A DNA stretch of 64,000 bases, from positions 186,001-250,000 of the forward strand of contig NW_025764893.1 of the NCBI RefSeq assembly GCF_003918875.1, read 5' to 3'. The notes below the pieces were generated by a model that worked only from the letters and a program-made list of their open reading frames with translations, did not search any database and had not been told where the DNA came from. This document shows, piece after piece, positions 57,701 to 64,000 of the stretch. The DNA is from Haliotis rubra (lineage: Eukaryota). How positions within the stretch are numbered: position 1 is the stretch's first letter; the number at the start of each line of letters is the position of its first letter. Position numbers and translations under genes: made by a program.

Positions 57701-60700
57701 CAAACGCAGACAGATATAATCGACATATATCGGACACATCTAAGTGCTCATGTGGTCATTATAACGAAGACGTTATTCCCTACCTTTTTATATGTCGGAA
57801 CTATCAAAATTTAAGAACAGCTGTGTATTCTTATATTCAAGAACACGATGTTACAACTACTGTATACGGTAACAGCGCATTGAATAACTCAACAATAATC
57901 ACATTCTCAACTCATTACACCAGTTCATTTCTAAAAGTAACTGCTTCCAGTGATTATCACCTCTACATAATTATATATTCAATATAAGATGAGTTTTATA
58001 CAACTTGATTTTCTGCGGCAGCTCATTTCGTTGCTAGGCATAACCAACACTATATCGAACATATTTATTATTCAATCATTTATCTGTTATTTTGACTCAG
58101 TAATATTCTTTTGTTGTCAAACTATTTCCATTATGTATCCAGCTATTGGAACAATGTACTGGAGCGGCGTTTATATAAGCCACTGTGTTTTATGTTTAAG
58201 CCATATTCAAGTACCATTGAGTTTCATTGAGCTGTCCATGGCGGACCCATCACATTGTTACAGAGTCTGTGTCGCTTGTGCTGCCCATAGTTAAAAATAT
58301 TATACAGCACCATAACTTCTTAATTCACTTACTATGTAGTGTATATGGTATATCGTATAATTCAGTATATGTGTATACTTGAACTCTTCCACAACTATGG
58401 CCTATGTAATTTGTTGAATAAATAATGTATGAACCTGGTACAGCTATAATTGTTAATAAGTGTTGGTGGAACAGTCTACCTGATGAAGGGGGAGAGAGCT
58501 AGTAATTAAAAAACACTCTAATGGAACAGGTTGTGTATTGGACGGGTAGTCAAACTTGGAGTAGTCATAATGGGTATGAACCTGTCATCGTATCCCAACT
58601 GCGTAGAGCATGCGTGTATATTGTTGCGGCGTCGAACACAAACAAACAAACAATGTACGTTTTTCCTCATTCATTTCACCCACATTTCTGTTTTTATTTT
58701 ATGATAAAACCCTTTGATAATTAATTGAATTAACGTAAATAATGACTTAAATAACACCATAAATAATTTATATAATGTAGTAACATTTTTCTGCAGGTAT
58801 TTCTGGCAACACAGCTTCCATGTGCATCCAGGAAACATCCACTACATGCTCAAATCCGTTTACGATACAGGTAGCGGACTGTAACGGTTATACTGTGTAC
58901 AATCTGAAAACCTCGCCCATTCATCAGAGCTCCTACTGTTTCCGTAAGCATTTCAACGTCTTTTCTCGTACTACCCGTGAAGATCCGGGTTAGAACTGAT
59001 CTTCAGTGAGAGGCGACTAACGGGATAAGGTGTTCAGACTCGCTGACTTGGTCGACACATGTCATCGTATCCCAGTTGCGTAGATCAATGCTCATGCTGT
59101 TGATCACTGGATTGTTTGGTCCAGACTCGATTATTTACAGACCGCCGCCATATGACTGGAATATTGCTGAGTGCGGCGTAACACTAAATTCACTCACTCA
59201 CTCTTTTCTCGAGTCATTTAAATAGAGGGGCGTCAGGGTAGTTGTTGAAGCGTTCACTCGTTCGCATCGACCCTGGTTCGATTCTCCACATGGGTACAGT
59301 ATGTGAAGTTCATTTCTGGTATCCCCCGCCTTGACATACATTGTGTAGCTGCAATATTGATGAAATCGACGTAAAACTAAACTCACTCACTCATTTAAAC
59401 GAAATGTAAAGTGTTTCCGTCAAATATGACCCAGAAATCATGTCTGTAGGGGACAGGATGGCTATGACACGTTGAACAGTTTCACTCTGTTTCACCCTGT
59501 CCGAAGTGGTAAACCAGACATTCAGTCATTTGATTTGATCTTATTCATTAAAGGGGCGGTGAGGTAGCGTAATGGTTAATGCGTCCGTTCGTCACGCCGA
59601 AGACCCGGGTTCTATTCCCCACGAGGGTACAATGTGTGAAGACCCTGGTGTCCCCAGCCGTGATAATGGGGGTAATATTGCTGGAAAATTGATAAAAGCG
59701 GCCTAAAACCATTCTCACTCACTCACTCACTCACTCACTGATGTAATGATGCTACTATATATTAACATTTAATAAATTATATTTACAGGTGAGATCCCCC
59801 CAAGTAAGTATATATTTACTATATATTTCACTTATACTTTGATCGTATTTGGTGTTTTGTTTCTTAACTATCTATTGAGTAACACCCACCTGCTTCCACG
59901 GTGATGTTAACAAAGCATCACCCTACATAACAGAAAGTCAGTGATCACCAAGTCACACCAAGTGGCGTAAACTTGTTGTTTCCTTGCCTTGTGCGTATAT
60001 TTAGGGGTTAAAACAAGGACTGGTCTGCTCGGAGCCAGTGTTCTGTATGTCAGAGGGATCTGTATGTCTAACCGCGGCATGATATACTGAGGGAATCAAA
60101 TAAGGGATCACATGAAAGCACATGTTGTTCCAGGTTTCTTCCCGGGCTTTGTATCGCACACCTAGTAAAGAAACCCGGAAAAAAGGAACACTTCGGCTTT
60201 TATTTAACCCCCTATTTTTTTCATTCAGTATATTATCAGTTACACGGTTATTTGACAGGTTGTATGGGACGGTACCGTCAGTTTGAATCCACATTTCCTT
60301 CGGCCTTCGAGCTCTGTAAATACGGATTTAAACCGACCGTACCCAAACAACGCTACCTGACAAACTGCTTTGCAACGTGTAACGTATCATGTTTTTGTGT
60401 TTTCTTGAACCGTTTTGGTCCACTTCTTTTCTATTTCTGCCGGGTTATGGACCACAAAGCAGTTCGCCATGATTGTTGTTAGTGAATGTTGGAAGGGAAA
60501 TAACTGTTGTAGGCTTGCAAACTAAGGGACTCGTTGTTTCAAATATTACCACCGTTTAGGATATACCTTCAGGTCCAATGTACGTGCCGTTAATAGATTC
60601 AATGACAGCACGTGCTTGTCGTAGGAGTCTACTAGCGGGTTCAGGTGATCAAGCTCACTGACTTCTTTGACACATGTCAACGTATCCCATTTGCGCAAAT

Positions 60701-63700
60701 CGATGCTCATGCTGTTGATCACTGGATTGTTTACAGACTCGTATATTTACAGACCGCCGTCATATAGCTGGAATATTGCTGTGTTGGGCGTTAAACAACA
60801 AACAAAACATAGCAGAAAATCAGTGATCCCTAAGTGTCACACCAAATAACGTATTGTTACCTTGCCTAGTTCATATATTAAGTGAATACAACGTGGCCTC
60901 ACCTTGTATTAAATACAATAATACTTTGTGTTCATTGTTTGACTTTATTCCATGATTCAATACCAGATTCACCAACCTACAGTCCCAAGCCTACTGTCGC
61001 CGCTGGTGTAACTGACACTGGTTTAGACAAAAGTGACCTCCATTTCCGATGTTCCTTCCCCCCTTCGTCCACCCAAAGACTGTTCCACCAGACAACGTGG
61101 TATGTCGACGACGTCCTCATACACCAGCACCCAGCAATGCTGATGGACGACACCTACATTGACAACACCCAGATCACTCAAGCGATGCTCATAGCAGCGG
61201 GGATAACTAAAGTCGGTTTCAATGTGAGTCGCACACAGTTTTACATGAGGTATAACTTAGATCGTGAGTCGCACACAGTTTTACATGACGTATAACTTAG
61301 ATCACAAGCAAAGTGTGGCGCAAATAGGGCTTCGCAACAGAGAGAAAAATGACCAGTCTTCCTATATGCCCGCTTCCGGTTCAACGGAGTGACGGAACAA
61401 GAATATGCAGAAATTATAAAGAAATATCATATTGCCTAATTTTACCATTGAACTGTTGAAGATTATTTATCTGATGTGCCGTCGTTATTTTTCTCTCTGT
61501 TGCACAACCTATTTGCGCTACAGTTTCCCTCTGCTGAGAAAAGATTTGTTAGTCCACAAAAAGCATACAGATAGACAGAAGAGCATAACAAATGTACAAA
61601 GGTCACAGCATATGGAATCAGTGTCTAAACGAGTTGAAAGTATAGTTGACAAAACAGAAAACTACCAATTAACGAATTATTTGTGTGAAAAAATATGCTA
61701 TAACTGTTAATTGATGTAAAGATGGTTTTTTTAATATACTAAAAGCCATTAAAAAGGCAATTTGACTTTCATACTTTCTGTACTCACACTAATTCAACAT
61801 ATATAAACCTAACTGGCAGATATGTTTTAAGTGAACATCTGTGAATAATTTCATCTGAAAATGTCCAGTCAACAACAACATCAGTGACGCAACAACGACA
61901 TCAAATCATTGAAAGACACACATTTCTCAGGAACAGCTGTTGGCTGGTCTGCAGCCTCTGATGGTCTGTGGTCTGATCATCGTGGTGTAACCTGATTCCT
62001 TTCGTCTTGTGTCAAGTGTGGCATTTTCTCAAAGTGCTTGAGTTCCACAATTCCTTGTGCTTTTACAGGGCCTGGGTGCATGTAATGCATGTGCACAACG
62101 TGTTTCATGAATGTGGTTGTGTTTACGAGAAATGTCAAAGGTTCAGTTTTAAGTATCAAAGTTCATGTGAGAGGAATGCTCCGGGACTCGAACTCGAAAT
62201 GGGCCAGAATAACAGCCTTTTATCCCTACATCCTCTGTATCCCAGGAAAAAATCTTCAATGGAACTTTTGTAAGTTTCAGGACAACAAATACCAATTGCG
62301 TTTTTAATGGCTTTCAGTATAGAATACTACTGTGGTTTACTTAAACTTCAGATGTTCGAAACAATAGCAAATATTTCTTATTTAATAATGATACCCTATT
62401 TCATGAAGAGGACAGTACGCGTGTTAGTTATTATTTCTTTATGTTATTAATGCATGTATTTATTTTCAGTTTATTTATTTGGGAAGGGGAGGGGGGGGGG
62501 GGGGCTTTGCTCTTTCGAGTCACGGTCCATCACTCTCAAAGATACACACTTGGTACAACTGTGTCATGCATGCTGCATCCATATAATATTGTTGACGTGA
62601 CTGATACCAGGAACTATATTTCCACTTGTAGATAAGCTGTGAAGTCCATGCTTTGTTCGGTGCTGGTATGCCCATCGGTCCTGGAAATCGTGCAGATCCT
62701 TTCTTCGTCGGCTTTGAGGTAAGACGACTTGGTCTTATTCCACACTATATCCTGACCAGATTCCACTTAATGACATGTTTGGTGGTGGCATTTCCTCCAT
62801 TCATGTTTTAACGTGTGTGGAAGTCCGATCTTACGAAAATTATTCTCAGGTATTGTTTTAAGCAATGTAATTACTTCAAGGATTTGTTGAGTGATATGTA
62901 TTGTTTAGATAAAACGCTGTCGTCACACGTGTCTCCCACCATTTGTTTGTGTTTGCCGCACTCAGCAATATTCAAGTAGTGTGACGACAATCTGAAATTA
63001 TTCGAGTCTGGACCAGATAATCCAGTGATGAACAGCATGAACATCGCTCTATGCAATTGTGATACGATAACACGTCAATCAAGTCAGCAGCGAGTCTTTA
63101 AAAAGTTTTTAAACGTCGGCCCACAGACACCAAATGCCATTGTATACGGTGAATGTGGCTGTTATCCACTCTACATAAATGCACAATGTCGATTTAAAAA
63201 ATACTGGTTAAAACTTGTGTCTTTGTGTCAAATGTTAAGGAATGTTGCAGTTAACATTTATTTACAGTCATGGAATTCTGTATACTGATAAAACTTAGAT
63301 GTAGAATTTTAAAATTAAAAGTTAACGAGGGAAGGTGGATGGGAATTGAATTAAGTCAGCGATTATGTCAATTGTGTAACACTGGAATTGAAGATGGGTA
63401 TCATTTTATCTTTGTATTTGGAACCACATATGTATCACCACAATGTTAATATTCACAAATTTAGACAGCTAATGGATTCAAAGTGTAGTGATGTATTAAA
63501 CAATTTATATAGATATATTTGTCAAAGCTTATTCTTAAGAGAACAATATGTTTGAAATCTGTAGCATATATAAAGCACCCATGTCCATTGTATGTAGTTC
63601 ATGTTCGATGTAAACGTATTATATACTATGTGTATATGGGCCAATGGCCTTCATACAAATAAACAACTTGACTTGACTTCTTGAGTCTGACCACCCGATC

Positions 63701-64000
63701 CTGTTAGTCGCCTCTTAAGACAAACATGGGTTGCTGAAGTTTGTAGTATGTTTACTGCTATACATGCATCATGGGGAATAAGTGATGACACCAGGTATTC
63801 CCGGTTTGATAATGTGTTACATAAAATATATATAGAATATGTATTTCCTTTTACATAGATTCTAACTGAAGAAATAACGATCAGACAAGGCGAGACGGGA
63901 CAGGTTCAAGTCCGAGCCACAGTGCCGTTCCGTTGCGGAAACATCACTGATTCTTTTCCTGCAATTTGTTCCATGCCAATCGAGATACAATCTGTTGACT
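54746..64000 (+). CDS. VWDE-like (von Willebrand factor D and EGF domain-containing) secreted protein, 5' part; exons 54746-54809, 55587-55778, 58797-58943, 59789-59803 (micro-exon), 60967-61223, 62632-62718, 63859->64000
   Basis: Signal peptide MMAWNIILIATTLLHMVYG; UMOD/GP2 D8C-like domain (PC...LAAGWYG...CGSLYPIW...IQVADCNGYTVYNLK...YCF); Ig-like segment (FRCSF...TWYVDD...ISCEV...FFVGFE...ATVPFRC) typical of VWDE N-termini. Phases are consistent. The gene runs off the window. Confidence 0.8.
54855..54997. repeat. Palindromic MITE with TTGTCGC repeats in VWDE-like intron 1
   Basis: TATGGAATCCTAGAAGGGACATTGTCGCGTTGTCGCA / TGCGACAACGCGACAATGTCCCTTCTAAGATTCCATA. Confidence 0.75.
56422..56587 (+). 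mobile_element. Near-consensus family A tRNA-SINE with target-site duplication
   Basis: Flanked by TGGTACTTAATA / TGGTACTAAATA. Confidence 0.88.
56779..56991. other. Assembly gap (N run)
   Basis: Direct observation. Confidence 1.
57560..58425 (+). mobile_element. CR1-group LINE 3' fragment
   Basis: QIIHCRLKLGCSDPNADRYNRHISDTSKCSCGHYNEDVIPYLFIC zinc-finger-type C-terminus. AATAAA near 58417. Confidence 0.65.
63095..63680 (+). mobile_element. Degenerate RTE-X-like LINE fragment inserted in a family B element
   Basis: KKFLNVGPQTPNAIVYGECGCYPL...KYWLKL. Ends GGGCCAATGGCC...AATAAACAACTTGACTTGACT. The host element is split at GAGTCT. Confidence 0.7.

Noticed and set aside
58478-58500. CCTGATGAAGGGG as another hammerhead
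   Set aside because: No stem II closure or GAAA follows.

Overview
Eukaryotic, intron-rich and repeat-dense animal DNA with two N gaps (18937-19088, 56779-56991). The SINE and LINE complement suggests a mollusc, probably a gastropod such as abalone; this is inference. Six protein-coding genes were reconstructed by hand with GT-AG junctions and consistent phase: BCAS2/SPF27 (3 coding exons); a tandem pair of SGSH-like sulfatases (7 exons each) from a ~10 kb head-to-tail duplication with a visible junction; an intronless secreted coiled-coil/repeat/beta-propeller protein (- strand); a nucleoside hydrolase (5 coding exons); and the 5' part of a VWDE-like gene with a putative 15-nt micro-exon. 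The rest is four SINE-like families, I/Nimb-, CR1- and RTE-X-like LINE fragments, an Academ fragment, Penelope remnants, fold-back MITEs and satellites. Most notable: (1) a head-less SINE-like family whose fixed 5' end is a pseudoknotted, covarying RNA fold, a candidate ribozyme or internal promoter; (2) a covarying 3' stem-loop shared by a LINE and three SINE families; (3) a minimal hammerhead ribozyme motif; (4) SGSH paralogues carrying the O-sulfatase-type Lys in place of human Arg282, one of which also lacks a disulfide cysteine.
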